A stretch of 64,000 nt of DNA, from positions 2,478 through 66,477 of the forward strand of contig CAYWVO010000012.1 of assembly GCA_964461835.1 (NCBI GenBank). The letters run 5' to 3'. Source of the stretch: an uncultured Ignavibacteria bacterium. GTDB taxonomy: Bacteria; Zixibacteria; MSB-5A5; WJJR01; JAJRUJ01. Positions 19,830 through 30,241 of the stretch are shown here, piece by piece. Position 1 is the first letter of the stretch. Each line of letters begins with the position of its first letter. The notes beneath the pieces were generated by a model. It saw only the letters and a program-made list of their open reading frames with translations, was not told the origin of the DNA and did no database searches. The translations under genes were made by a program, and so were the position numbers.

Positions 19830-21770
19830 TTAACTTTCATCATATTCCAAGACCACAATGCCAAGCGGCGGCAGTGTCAGCGAAACAGACTGATCGTGCC
19901 CATGCGTGGGCAATGGTCGAGTGTACGCGCTACCGAAATTGCCTTGCCCCGAGCCACCGTAATCTTTGGCATCGCTGTTGAGTACTTCCCGCCAATATCC
20001 GGCGTATGGCAAACCGAGACGATAATTGCGTCGCGGCACCGGGGTGAAATTGCAAGCCACCATCACCCTCGCCATTCCGTCGCCATCCTTGCGCAGAAAA
20101 CTGATGACGTTATTATGAACATCCGTACGATCAAGCCACGCAAAACCTTCCGGCGCAAAGTCTCGTTCCCACAGCGCACGCTGACCGCGGTAATATCGAT
20201 TCAAATCCTGCACCCAGTGCCGGATACCTTCGTGGGCCGGATTCTGCAGGAGATGCCAATCGACGCTTTGTTCGTGATTCCACTCATTCCACTGGCCAAT
20301 TTCTCCGCCCATGAACAGCAGCTTTTTACCGGGATGAGTCCACATATACCCCAAAAGCAACCGGAGATTGGCACGTTTCTGCCAGTCATCACCGGGCAGC
20401 TTGCCAAGCAGCGACCCCTTGCCGTGTACGACCTCGTCATGCGAGAGCGGCAGTTCAAAGTTTTCGGTAAACGCGTAAAAAATGCTGAATGTCAGACTAT
20501 CCTGATGGTAGCGTCGGTGGATCGGGTCTTTACTGAAATATTCCAGTGTGTCATGCATCCAGCCCATGTTCCATTTCATGCCGAATCCCAGTCCGCCGAC
20601 GTAGACCGGGCGGGTCACCATCGGCCAGGCAGTTGACTCCTCGGCAATCATCTGCACGTCGGGAAATTGCTCATACACGACCTCATTCAAACGCCGCAGG
20701 AAACTGATTGCCTCGAGATTCTCCCGGCCGCCGTACTCGTTCGGAATCCACTCACCCTCCTGGCGGGAATAATCGAGGTAGAGCATGCTGGCTACCGCGT
20801 CGACCCGGAGTCCGTCAATATGGTATTTCCTCAACCAGAACAGCGCACAACTGATCAAAAAATTGCGTACCTCCCCACGGCCATAGTTGAAAATGTAACT
20901 TTTCCAGTCAGGATGGAATCCCTGGCGGGGGTCCTGATGTTCGAATAGATGGGTGCCGTCGAAATATACCAACCCGTGCTGGTCGGAGGGAAAATGCGAC
21001 GGGACAATATCCATAATCACCCCGATACCATGCCGGTGCAAATAATCAACTAAGTACATGAAATCCTGGGGGGTGCCGTATCGCGACGTGGGCGCAAAAT
21101 ACCCAACTGTTTGATAACCCCACGAGCCATAAAAAGGGTGCTCGGTCAACGGCAGGAACTCCACGTGGGTGAAACCCATCTCCTTGACATACGAGGTGAG
21201 CATGGGCGCAATCTCCCGGTACGTCAGATAGCGGTTCCCCTCCTCCGGCACCCGGCGCCAGGAACCGAGGTGTACCTCGTAAACCGACATCGGAGCGTCG
21301 AGAGAATTACGTTGCTGGCGTTGGTTCATCCATTCCTGGTCGCCCCAGCCATACTTGAGGTCCCAGACCACCGACGCAGTTTGTGGCGACAATTCCCAGT
21401 GAAACGCAAACGGATCGCCCTTATCGGCACGGTAATTATTATGATGGGAGCTGATATGGTACTTGTAGAGTGTCCCTGGTTGCAGCCCGGGGATAAAGCC
21501 TTCCCAAATTCCTGAATCGTCCCAGCGACCAGCAAGGGGGTGCGCTTCCGGATCCCAACCGTTGAACTCACCAATAACCGATACCGCCTTGGCATTGGGG
21601 GCCCAGACGGCAAAATAGGTGCCGCGGACACCATCCACTTCCATCGCCTGCGAGCCAAATTTATCATACAACTGGAAATGATTGCCCTCTTTGAACAGGT
21701 AAATATCCTGTTCGGTGATCAGGCTCGGGCCATGAAGTATGTTCTGACTGGCATTTATTCGTTTATCCAC
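19830..21770 (-). CDS. glgB: 1,4-alpha-glucan branching enzyme
   Basis: 646 aa: ...[30 protein letters not shown]...[16 protein letters not shown]...[12 protein letters not shown]. Typical GlgB layout. Confidence 0.85.
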   Translation of the reverse strand: MDKRINASQNILHGPSLITEQDIYLFKEGNHFQLYDKFGSQAMEVDGVRGTYFAVWAPNAKAVSVIGEFNGWDPEAHPLAGRWDDSGIWEGFIPGLQPGTLYKYHISSHHNNYRADKGDPFAFHWELSPQTASVVWDLKYGWGDQEWMNQRQQRNSLDAPMSVYEVHLGSWRRVPEEGNRYLTYREIAPMLTSYVKEMGFTHVEFLPLTEHPFYGSWGYQTVGYFAPTSRYGTPQDFMYLVDYLHRHGIGVIMDIVPSHFPSDQHGLVYFDGTHLFEHQDPRQGFHPDWKSYIFNYGRGEVRNFLISCALFWLRKYHIDGLRVDAVASMLYLDYSRQEGEWIPNEYGGRENLEAISFLRRLNEVVYEQFPDVQMIAEESTAWPMVTRPVYVGGLGFGMKWNMGWMHDTLEYFSKDPIHRRYHQDSLTFSIFYAFTENFELPLSHDEVVHGKGSLLGKLPGDDWQKRANLRLLLGYMWTHPGKKLLFMGGEIGQWNEWNHEQSVDWHLLQNPAHEGIRHWVQDLNRYYRGQRALWERDFAPEGFAWLDRTDVHNNVISFLRKDGDGMARVMVACNFTPVPRRNYRLGLPYAGYWREVLNSDAKDYGGSGQGNFGSAYTRPLPTHGHDQSVSLTLPPLGIVVLEYDES

Positions 21771-21776
21771 GACGGT

Positions 21777-24700
21777 TTATCTCCTCTCCTCGCGTTCGGA
21801 TTGGGCGAGGATTTCCTCGATCCCCAGCATGGGAATTGTGATCCAATCGGGGCGATTGTTAAGTTCGTATCCCAATTCGTATACGGCTTTGTCCAAGAGA
21901 AATATCTCAAACAATGTATTGGCTTCAGTCGCATTTTTGGGCAAGAGTCCGCTGTTTTGGATCGCCTCGTGATAGCCGCGCAGGAAATTGGTTGCAGCGT
22001 AATGGTACCAGGCTTCCAGCCAGGGAATGATGAATTCGTAATCTTCATCACCCAGTACCGGGCTGCGGCGCAGTCCCGCGAAGACGGCATAATGGAATGA
22101 CCGGACCATACCGGCCACATCTCGCAGCGGTGATCGTTTCAGGCGTCGCTCCGATAATGCCCGCGCCGGTTCACCTTCGAAATCGAGAATCACGAAATCT
22201 TTTCCGGTAAACAGCACTTGCCCCAAATGGTAATCACCGTGAATTCTTATTTTTTGGGCGGCGATTTTTTTGCCCAGCAGTCGCCGATAATGAGCCAGAA
22301 TGGAATTCTGTTTCTCCAGGATTCCATTTGCCAGTGTGCCGGATTCGGCATCAAATCGAGAACGCGGTTTTTGCAGGGTTTGCAGGACCGACCGCAGCAA
22401 ATTGCGCATCGTCTGATACACGGATCGCTGATATAACTGGCTGAAACCCTCCGGGGCAAAATCAGGATTGTCCGTGATGCCGGCGAGGGCGCGGTGCATC
22501 TCACCGGTGCGCTGCCCCAAAAGTTTGAACATCTCGGTTTGAAAATCACCAATCAGGTGATAGACAGCCTCATGCGCGTCGACCGGTTCACTGTCCAATT
22601 GCAACGGGCCCATGTCGGGCGGGGGACCCAGATCCTGACGACGGGTTAAGAGCTCCTCCAGGAACCTGCCGATATGGTCCAGCACCCAAATCCATGCGTC
22701 TCCCTGATTGGCAACGAACTCTTGCAGTAACGCAGTCTCGCGCTGCTCCCCCGCTTTATTGCGATACATCAGGCTGCCCTTGTATTCCGGAATATGAGCA
22801 AATTTGGCAGTCTCCGAGAGAACCCGGCCGATTTCAGCGTCCGGGTTGATGCCCTTCTCCAGGCGGCGGTACAGCTTGAGCACCCAGTGTTGATCGTACA
22901 GTATCGAACTGTTGCTCTGTTCGACACTCAATACTCGTGAATCCACCGGCAAATCTATTTCTTTGAGTTGGCGGGTTAACGAGCGGGCTCGCGAGGACAC
23001 TAATTCACCGGCCTCCCCTTTGCGTTTGCGTCGGCGGGCAATCAACTGGAGTAAAGCCTGATGGAAATTCTCCTCGTAAATCGCATCGACAATGACCCCC
23101 TCCTGACCATCGACTTCGAGATTTGCAATAATTGCCCGGGGGTGATTATGTAGCAGCTCAGCCACCTGGTCTTTGAGCGCAAAAACCACCGGCAGCTGGT
23201 AGGTGCCTGGGACACCCTCATTATATTCTACATCGACCAGTAACAGATATGTCGGCAAGTTATCATTGGGTAGCCGGATCGTTTCCGTGATGGCGATACT
23301 GCGGACCTGCCGCCCTTTGCTGCCAAACCAACGCGACCGTTTGAGATACCGCAACAACCCGCGCCGCTCCAAACCTTCTCGCACCTCCACATCCAACCCA
23401 TCGCTCGGCAGTGCCTCCAGTGCAATCGTCACCGGTGGCCGGTCGGTCATATCGGTTTCTTCAATGCTCGGCAGAAGCTCAAACCAGTAACAGTCATGCC
23501 GATTGAGCGTGATCTGGTACGGTTCACTGCGAATGGTCGGGAACTTATTGTGGCTGAAGACCTCCATCGGCACCATGTCAGTATATTCGGCAAGGTCCAA
23601 TTCAACACACTGCGAAAACCGCGACAGATTGACCACGATCAGCATGACCTGATCTTCGAACTTGCGGAGAAAAGCCAGCACCCGATGGTTGCTGGGCGAC
23701 AAAAACTCGCAGGTTCCCCGGCTGAACGCCCGGTACCGTTTCCGCAACGCAATAATTCGCCGCATCCACCACAGCCATGATGAGGGATTACGTTCCTGGG
23801 TGTCGACATTGCACGCTTCATAGTGATATTCGGGATCGGTCACCACCGGCAAATATAGCCGTTGCGGATTCACCCGGGAAAAGCCGGCATTGCGGTCCGG
23901 TGTCCACTGCATAGGGGTGCGTACCCCATCACGGTCCCCGAGATAGTAGTTATCGCCCATGCCGATTTCATCACCGTAATACAAGACCGGAGTCCCCGGC
24001 AAAGAAAGCAGCAACATATTCAACAGTTCGATCCGCCGGCGATTGTTGGAAAGCAACGGCGCCAGGCGACGCCGAATGCCGACATTAATTTTGGCCCGCG
24101 GATCATCAGCATACATGCGATACATGTAATCACGCTCTTCATCCGTGACCATCTCCAGGGTCAATTCATCATGGTTACGCAGAAAAAACGCCCATTGGGC
24201 GTTTTCCGGAATCTCCAACGGCGGGTCGAGGATTTCGGTAATCGGATATCGGTCCTCCATTTGCAGGGCCATGAACATCCGTGGCATTACGGGGAAATTG
24301 AACGCCAGGTGACATTCATCCCCGTCGCCGAAATAGGCAACCGCATCCTCCGACCACTGGTTGGCCTCCGCCAACAGCATGCGATCATTGAAATTTTTGT
24401 CGACGTGCGCCCGGAGCTTCTTGAGAAACGCGTGTGTCTCCGGCAGGTTTTCGCAGTTGGTTCCCTGGCGTTCGTACAAATATGGGACTGCGTCCAGGCG
24501 TAACCCATCCACGCCCAGCCTAAACCAGAAATCGATCGCATCCAGCATCGCCTTGTGCACGCGCGGATTATCATAATTCAAATCCGGCTGATGCGAGTAG
24601 AAACGATGCCAATAATAGGCCTTGGCCACCGGGTCCCAGGTCCAGTTCGAGGTCTCGAAGTCCTGGAAAATAATGCGGGCATCTTCGTACTTCTCTGCCG

Positions 24701-25130
24701 TATCGCTCCAGACATAAAAATCGCGCCAGCGGCTGCCCGGCTTGGCGTGGCGTGATTTCTGAAACCAGGGATGTTGATCGGAGGTGTGATTCAAGACCAA
24801 CTCGGTAATTACCCGCAGGTTGCGGGCATGTGCCTCGGCGAGGAGTTCCTTGAAATCAGTCAGCGTGCCGTACGCCGGATGAATAGAGGTGTAAGAAGCA
24901 ATATCATATCCGTCATCGCGAAACGGCGACGGGTAAAACGGCAGCAGCCAGATCGCCGTAATGCCCAGACTCTGCAAGTAATCCAATTTGCTGACAATCC
25001 CGCGAATATCGCCGATACCGTCATCGTTGCTGTCCATGAATGCCTTCACGTGCAACTCGTAGATGATTGCATCTTTGTACCACAACGGGCCGCTGATCAG
25101 TTTGGATGTACGTCGGCGCTTGGCTGCCAT
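21777..25130 (-). CDS. treS: trehalose synthase fused to maltokinase (TreS-Mak/Pep2 fusion)
   Basis: 1117 aa. N-terminus: [29 protein letters not shown]...[14 protein letters not shown] (TreS). C-terminal third: [26 protein letters not shown] (maltokinase). Confidence 0.8.
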   Translation of the reverse strand: MAAKRRRTSKLISGPLWYKDAIIYELHVKAFMDSNDDGIGDIRGIVSKLDYLQSLGITAIWLLPFYPSPFRDDGYDIASYTSIHPAYGTLTDFKELLAEAHARNLRVITELVLNHTSDQHPWFQKSRHAKPGSRWRDFYVWSDTAEKYEDARIIFQDFETSNWTWDPVAKAYYWHRFYSHQPDLNYDNPRVHKAMLDAIDFWFRLGVDGLRLDAVPYLYERQGTNCENLPETHAFLKKLRAHVDKNFNDRMLLAEANQWSEDAVAYFGDGDECHLAFNFPVMPRMFMALQMEDRYPITEILDPPLEIPENAQWAFFLRNHDELTLEMVTDEERDYMYRMYADDPRAKINVGIRRRLAPLLSNNRRRIELLNMLLLSLPGTPVLYYGDEIGMGDNYYLGDRDGVRTPMQWTPDRNAGFSRVNPQRLYLPVVTDPEYHYEACNVDTQERNPSSWLWWMRRIIALRKRYRAFSRGTCEFLSPSNHRVLAFLRKFEDQVMLIVVNLSRFSQCVELDLAEYTDMVPMEVFSHNKFPTIRSEPYQITLNRHDCYWFELLPSIEETDMTDRPPVTIALEALPSDGLDVEVREGLERRGLLRYLKRSRWFGSKGRQVRSIAITETIRLPNDNLPTYLLLVDVEYNEGVPGTYQLPVVFALKDQVAELLHNHPRAIIANLEVDGQEGVIVDAIYEENFHQALLQLIARRRKRKGEAGELVSSRARSLTRQLKEIDLPVDSRVLSVEQSNSSILYDQHWVLKLYRRLEKGINPDAEIGRVLSETAKFAHIPEYKGSLMYRNKAGEQRETALLQEFVANQGDAWIWVLDHIGRFLEELLTRRQDLGPPPDMGPLQLDSEPVDAHEAVYHLIGDFQTEMFKLLGQRTGEMHRALAGITDNPDFAPEGFSQLYQRSVYQTMRNLLRSVLQTLQKPRSRFDAESGTLANGILEKQNSILAHYRRLLGKKIAAQKIRIHGDYHLGQVLFTGKDFVILDFEGEPARALSERRLKRSPLRDVAGMVRSFHYAVFAGLRRSPVLGDEDYEFIIPWLEAWYHYAATNFLRGYHEAIQNSGLLPKNATEANTLFEIFLLDKAVYELGYELNNRPDWITIPMLGIEEILAQSEREERR

Positions 25131-25156
25131 TGCTGGAATTCTGCTCCTTTCCGGTA

Positions 25157-27142
25157 CTACAGATAATAATCGAAATCGTATTCACGGCGCAGGCGTCGGC
25201 GCAAACGGAAAATATGAAATGGTAATACCTGCGGATTCAATTCGATATAATTGCGTTCCTGCTGCCAGATAAACTTGTCATCGGCAATCAGGTCGTGCAT
25301 CAAAAATGGCTGGCGTGGGTCGATCCCCAACCGCTCCAGCGGCAACTGCAACCAGCCTGACTGCTTGTGAAATGGATCCAGATTGACTACCACGAAAACG
25401 ACATTTTTGAGATCGTCGGTGTATTTCGCAAACGGCAGCAGGTAGTCGTTATCGATATCCAGAAACTCGAGGTTATTCGTTTGCTGCAACGCTTCATTTT
25501 CATGGCGAATTTGGTTGATCATCGCCACCAACTCAGTGAGGTTGCCCCGTTGATTGAGGTCCCATTGCTTGATTTCGTATTTCTCGGAGTTGAGGTATTC
25601 CTCTCGCCCCTCGATGGCTTCATCCACACATAGCTCAAAGGCGGGACCATAGATCCCATAATTTGAAGATAACGTCGCCGCCAGACAGAGGCGGATCAAA
25701 AACGCCGGCCGCCCGCCATACTGTAAGAACTCAGGCAGAATGTCCGGTGTGTTGGGCCAGAAATTCGGTCGCAGATACTCCCGCACCTGTGACCGCGTGA
25801 GGTCGGTCAGATATTGGATCAACTCCCACTTGGAATTCCGCCAGGTAAAATAAGTATAGGACTGGCTGAACCCGATCTTGGCCAATCGTCCTTTGACCTG
25901 CGGACGGGTGAACGCCTCCGACAGGAATATGGCGTCAGCAAACTCATTTTTGACTTCATCAATCACCCACTGCCAGAAAGAAAACGGCTTCGTGTGTGGA
26001 TTGTCGATCCGAAAGATGCGTACGCCATGTTCCGCCCAGAAAAAGAAGACACTTTTCAATTCCTCCCACAACTCTTTCCAGACGTCGGTCTCAAAATACA
26101 GGGGAACAATATCTTCGTATTTCTTCGGTGGATTCTCCGCGAATTGAATGGAACCATCCGGACGCCAGAGAAACCATTCGGGATGTTCCGTGATATAGGG
26201 ATGGTCCGGCGAACACTGAAAGGCAATATCGAGTGCTACTTCCATCCCATGCTTCTTGGCGGCCTGCACGAAATGAGCGAAATCCTCCATGGTTCCCAAA
26301 TCGGGATGGACCGCTTTGTGGCCGCCATCGGAAGAGCCAATCGCCCACGGACTTCCGGGGTCACCCGGTGCGGCTTTCGGTGAGTTATTCTTCCCTTTGC
26401 GATTTGTTTCGCCAATCGGATGAATCGGCGCTAAATAGACCACGTCGAATCCCATCTTGGCGATGCGCGGCAGCATGGCCTCCGCTTGCCGGAGTGTCCC
26501 ATGCTCGCCCGGCCGCTCACCGAACGAACGAGGAAAGAACTCATACCAGGTGGAGAACCGGGCGCGCCGGCGCTCGGTCTCCACCCGCAATTCTCGCTCG
26601 TAGCGGGTGGTGAACTGCTGTTCGGCATACCGTTCCATCAACTGGGCCACGTCGTCACTGAGCGCAACGGTGACCGCGTCATCAATATCAGTGGCCCGTC
26701 CCAGACCATCCGCCAGCAATTTCAACCGTTTGGCGTCCTCACCGGTCGCCCACTTCTGGGCCCGCAAGACCAGTTGCTGACCGATTTGCAAATCGACCAG
26801 AACGTCCTGGCCTGCGGCAACTTTCTTGCGCAAATCGGCTCGCCAACTGCCAAAGCGATCGACGCGTCCCTCAATAGTGTAAACATAGTCTAAAGGCTCG
26901 GTCACCGGGAAGGATGCCCGCCAGCGATCATTGGCCAGAGGCTGCATCCTAAGTGATGTGAACTCGTTCTCGTCCACGGTCCGGTAGAGAAGGTTGGCCA
27001 CGACCTGATCGTGCCCATCAGAGAACACATTGGCTTCCACTACCACTCGTTCACCGAGGACGCGCTTAACGGGAAACATCCCCGCATCGATTTCGGGTTC
27101 GACGTCCTGAATGATAACTCGCTGTCTCCCATCGACATACAT
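25157..27142 (-). CDS. glgE: alpha-1,4-glucan:maltose-1-phosphate maltosyltransferase (GH13_3)
   Basis: 661 aa. The N-terminal DUF3416-like region is followed by a GH13 core ([13 protein letters not shown]..., [10 protein letters not shown]). Confidence 0.8.
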   Translation of the reverse strand: MYVDGRQRVIIQDVEPEIDAGMFPVKRVLGERVVVEANVFSDGHDQVVANLLYRTVDENEFTSLRMQPLANDRWRASFPVTEPLDYVYTIEGRVDRFGSWRADLRKKVAAGQDVLVDLQIGQQLVLRAQKWATGEDAKRLKLLADGLGRATDIDDAVTVALSDDVAQLMERYAEQQFTTRYERELRVETERRRARFSTWYEFFPRSFGERPGEHGTLRQAEAMLPRIAKMGFDVVYLAPIHPIGETNRKGKNNSPKAAPGDPGSPWAIGSSDGGHKAVHPDLGTMEDFAHFVQAAKKHGMEVALDIAFQCSPDHPYITEHPEWFLWRPDGSIQFAENPPKKYEDIVPLYFETDVWKELWEELKSVFFFWAEHGVRIFRIDNPHTKPFSFWQWVIDEVKNEFADAIFLSEAFTRPQVKGRLAKIGFSQSYTYFTWRNSKWELIQYLTDLTRSQVREYLRPNFWPNTPDILPEFLQYGGRPAFLIRLCLAATLSSNYGIYGPAFELCVDEAIEGREEYLNSEKYEIKQWDLNQRGNLTELVAMINQIRHENEALQQTNNLEFLDIDNDYLLPFAKYTDDLKNVVFVVVNLDPFHKQSGWLQLPLERLGIDPRQPFLMHDLIADDKFIWQQERNYIELNPQVLPFHIFRLRRRLRREYDFDYYL

Positions 27143-27376
27143 AAGGAGCCTCCGTGGCTCTCCAAAATATATGATTACCCTGCCGGGCTGTATTCGACCA
27201 GCCCGAGCAGATGCTAAGACCGCAACGCCGGGCGAAATGTACTACTGATACTGAGGTATACGAAGGTTTGGCATAACATGTAGGACGTCAATATCCGCAT
27301 GAAAGCGAAAGTAACGCTTCATTGAGCGGCTACTTTTTCGGGCTCACTGCTCAATCGTAGGATCGAACCACCTGAT

Positions 27377-28810
27377 CTATTTCGAGCGCCTTTTCGGCCG
27401 GTGATAGTGCGTCGCCCGGCCGAAGAGCAGGTCTGCCGCCTCCATGATCGTTTCAGATAGTGTCGGATGCGGATGAATCGTCAAGCCGAGATCCTGCGCG
27501 ACGGATCCCATCTCAATCGCCAGAACTCCTTCCGCAATCAACTCACCGGCGCCCGGTCCGGCGATACCGATGCCCAGGACTTCCTCCGACTCGGGATCGA
27601 TGATTACTTTGGTCACCCCGTCACCGCGCCCGACCGTAGCTGCACGACCTGATGCCCCCCAAGGGAACCGCGCCACCTTAACCTCGCGCTTTTGCTCTTT
27701 GGCCTCGGCTTCGGTTAGCCCGCACCAGGCGATCTCCGGATCGGTAAACACCACTGCGGGAATGGCCCGTGGTTCGAAGGCGACATTTTTGCCGGCAATA
27801 GCCTCCACCGCAGCGCGACCCTCATGCGAGGCTTTGTGTGCCAGCATCGGTTCACCGGCCACATCGCCGATAGCGTAAATCGTTGGCTCCGCAGTCTGCC
27901 GTTGATCGTTGACTTTGACAAATCCCTTATCGTCAACGTCAACCTTGGTGTTTTCCAGGCCGACATTTTTGGAATTTGGACGCCGCCCGACGGCCATCAG
28001 CACTTTCTCGAATATCTTTCCCTTATTGCCCGCGTTCTTACCTTCAAAGGTCACCTTGATCCCGTTTTTCTGCGCTTTCATCCCCGCTACGGTGGTCTCC
28101 AGCATGATATTCTCAAACAGGCCTTTCAGCCGTTTACTGAGTACCGATATCAAGTCACGGTCCACTCCCGGCAACAAACTCGGCATCATCTCCACCACGG
28201 AGACTTTGCTCCCGAGTGCGGCATAGACGGTACCCAGTTCCAGACCAATATACCCGCCACCAATAACCAGCAGTGATTTTGGGACATCCTTTAACTCCAG
28301 CGCCGTTGACGAGTCCATGACCCGGGGTGAATCAGGCGCCAGGTCTTTGATCATCACCGGTTCCGATCCGGTAGCCACAATCGCATGCTCGAAAGCCAGT
28401 TTACCGGTATCGCCGTTGTGCTTTTTCACTTCAAGCGTAGTACCGTCAAGGAACTTCGCAGTCCCGCGCACATAGTTTATCTTGCGTTGCTTCGATAACT
28501 GTCCCAAGCCACCCGTGAGTTTTTCGACCACATCATTTTTCCAGGAGCGCATCTGCCCGATATTCAACTTGGGCTTGGCAAACCGCACGCCCCAGTCCTT
28601 GGCCTCACTCGCCTCAAAAAGCAATCGGGCGATGTGTAACAGCGCTTTCGATGGTATACACCCGCGATACAGACACACTCCACCGGGATTGACCTCGGGA
28701 TCGATCAGGGTTACGTCCAAATCCATGTCTGCGGCCAGGAATGCCGCGGCGTATCCACCAGGACCAGCGCCGATGACCGCCAGTTGGGTTGAATTCTGTT
28801 TATCTGTCAT
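27377..28810 (-). CDS. lpdA: dihydrolipoyl dehydrogenase (E3)
   Basis: MTDKQNSTQLAVIGAGPGGYAAAFLAADMDLDVTLIDPEVNPGGVCLYRGCIPSK (FAD-binding motif and redox-active CxxxxC). Start set at the internal Met, which has a GGAG RBS. Confidence 0.85.
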   Translation of the reverse strand: MTDKQNSTQLAVIGAGPGGYAAAFLAADMDLDVTLIDPEVNPGGVCLYRGCIPSKALLHIARLLFEASEAKDWGVRFAKPKLNIGQMRSWKNDVVEKLTGGLGQLSKQRKINYVRGTAKFLDGTTLEVKKHNGDTGKLAFEHAIVATGSEPVMIKDLAPDSPRVMDSSTALELKDVPKSLLVIGGGYIGLELGTVYAALGSKVSVVEMMPSLLPGVDRDLISVLSKRLKGLFENIMLETTVAGMKAQKNGIKVTFEGKNAGNKGKIFEKVLMAVGRRPNSKNVGLENTKVDVDDKGFVKVNDQRQTAEPTIYAIGDVAGEPMLAHKASHEGRAAVEAIAGKNVAFEPRAIPAVVFTDPEIAWCGLTEAEAKEQKREVKVARFPWGASGRAATVGRGDGVTKVIIDPESEEVLGIGIAGPGAGELIAEGVLAIEMGSVAQDLGLTIHPHPTLSETIMEAADLLFGRATHYHRPKRRSK

Positions 28811-28876
28811 AATGTATCTCCGCTCACTCTTGTGCCGAAAATTTCCTGCCACCGACAATGTTCGCCCGTGTGCCGG

Positions 28877-30226
28877 TTACTTGTCGAAGTGCAACAGGAA
28901 TGGATGCTCCAGCGCTTCGGTAACCCACCGTAAGAACCGCGCGGCGTCCGCGCCATCATTCGCCCGATGGTCATACGATAACGACAACGGCAGAACCAGC
29001 CTTGGCTCAAACTGATCCTCACGGTAGACCGGTTTCATCGCTGCCCGGCTGATCCCCAGAATCGCCACCTGCGGCCAGAAAACCACCGGCGTGAAATTGG
29101 TACCACCAATCCCGCCCTGGTTCGAAATCGTAAAGGTGCCGCCTTCCAATTCATCCGGCTTGATTTTCTTATTCCGCGTCCGATCAGCAATATCAACCAG
29201 TTCGATCGCCAACGCTTTAATGCTTTTTTGGTCTACGTCACGGATCACCGGTACCAGCAGGCCCCGGTCTGTGTCGACCGCCATACCGATATGATAATAC
29301 TGTTTATAAATGATCTCATTGCTGTCGGGATCGATGCTGCTGTTGAACCGGGGAAAAACCTTGAGGGCTTCTGCGATAATTTTCAGCAGGATTGCCGTCA
29401 CGGTCAACTTGCCGTCTTCCTTCTCCACTATTCGACTGTATTTTTTGCGGAATGCTTCAACATCGGTGATGTCCGCTTCATCGAACTGCGTAACATGAGG
29501 AATTACCGACCAGGATTGCCCGGTGCTCTCCGCGGTGAGCTTGCGCACCTTGGCCATCTTTTCGCGTTTGATCTTCCCCCACTGGTCAAAATCGGGCAGT
29601 TCCTTAGTCGGTCGCTTGGCTGCTGCCCCTTTCTTCACGTGCGCCTTGACGTCATCCGGGGTGATTCGTCCTCGTGGTCCGGTACCCTCAATCTCGGCAA
29701 TATCTGCCCCCAACTCACGCGCCAGCCGCCGCACCGCCGGCCCGGCAGCCACACCACGTCTCTTTTCTCTGGCCGCCGGCTTCTCTCCCTTTTCCTCGGC
29801 TTCTTCCTCAAGTTCCGGCTCTTTTTCTTCTTTGGCGGGCTTTTTTTCTTTTTCCTCGGTTGGCTTCTCTTCCTCTTCTTCTTCCTTCTCCGGTTCTTCT
29901 TTTGCCTCTGCCGGTTCCGGTTCGGGCTCTTTTTCTTCCGGTTTCTCTTCTGGCTCAGGTTCTCTCTCGGGTTCTTCCTCAGCTTTCCCCTCAGCCTCTA
30001 CCTTGCCGATCACCTGCCCGACTGTTACCTCGTCGCCTTCCTTGACACTGATCTCCGTAATCTTACCCGCGTACGGTGAAGGTATCTCGACGACGGCTTT
30101 CTCAGTTTCGAGTTCGATAATCGCCTGATCCTCTTCCACCATATCACCGACAGAAACCAGGACCTTGGCTACCTCGCCGGATTCTACATTTTCGCCGATT
30201 TCCGGAATCTTAATTTCCTGTGCCAT
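28877..30226 (-). CDS. aceF: 2-oxo-acid dehydrogenase E2 (dihydrolipoamide acetyltransferase) with one lipoyl domain and a long Glu/Pro/Lys-rich linker
   Basis: Lipoyl-lysine motif IELETEKAVVEIPSPYAG. The E3-binding region and catalytic domain end in ...SLSYDHRANDGADAARFL (catalytic DHR motif). Confidence 0.78.
   Translation of the reverse strand: MAQEIKIPEIGENVESGEVAKVLVSVGDMVEEDQAIIELETEKAVVEIPSPYAGKITEISVKEGDEVTVGQVIGKVEAEGKAEEEPEREPEPEEKPEEKEPEPEPAEAKEEPEKEEEEEEKPTEEKEKKPAKEEKEPELEEEAEEKGEKPAAREKRRGVAAGPAVRRLARELGADIAEIEGTGPRGRITPDDVKAHVKKGAAAKRPTKELPDFDQWGKIKREKMAKVRKLTAESTGQSWSVIPHVTQFDEADITDVEAFRKKYSRIVEKEDGKLTVTAILLKIIAEALKVFPRFNSSIDPDSNEIIYKQYYHIGMAVDTDRGLLVPVIRDVDQKSIKALAIELVDIADRTRNKKIKPDELEGGTFTISNQGGIGGTNFTPVVFWPQVAILGISRAAMKPVYREDQFEPRLVLPLSLSYDHRANDGADAARFLRWVTEALEHPFLLHFDK
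29760..29990 (-). repeat. low-complexity GAG/GAA/CCG-rich stretch encoding the E/P/K-rich inter-domain linker of E2
   Basis: Protein segment EEEPEREPEPEEKPEEKEPEPEPAEAKEEPEKEEEEEEKPTEEKEKKPAKEEKEPELEEEAEEK. The DNA is internally repetitive but coding. Confidence 0.6.
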
Positions 30227-30241
30227 GAATTCACCTTTGCG

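Noticed and set aside
27320-27360. tRNA-like string ...gtaggatcgaaccacctga... resembling a T-arm (GGTTCGATCC on the minus strand)
   Set aside because: No matching 5-bp T-stem (GGTGG versus CCTAC) or acceptor-stem partner could be paired by eye. It sits in the lpdA terminator / glgE promoter spacer, so it is treated as chance similarity.
29750-30000. Highly repetitive GAA/GAG/CCG-rich DNA that might suggest a tandem repeat or CRISPR-like array
   Set aside because: It is in-frame coding sequence for the Glu/Pro/Lys-rich linker of the E2 acyltransferase. There is no spacer-repeat periodicity.
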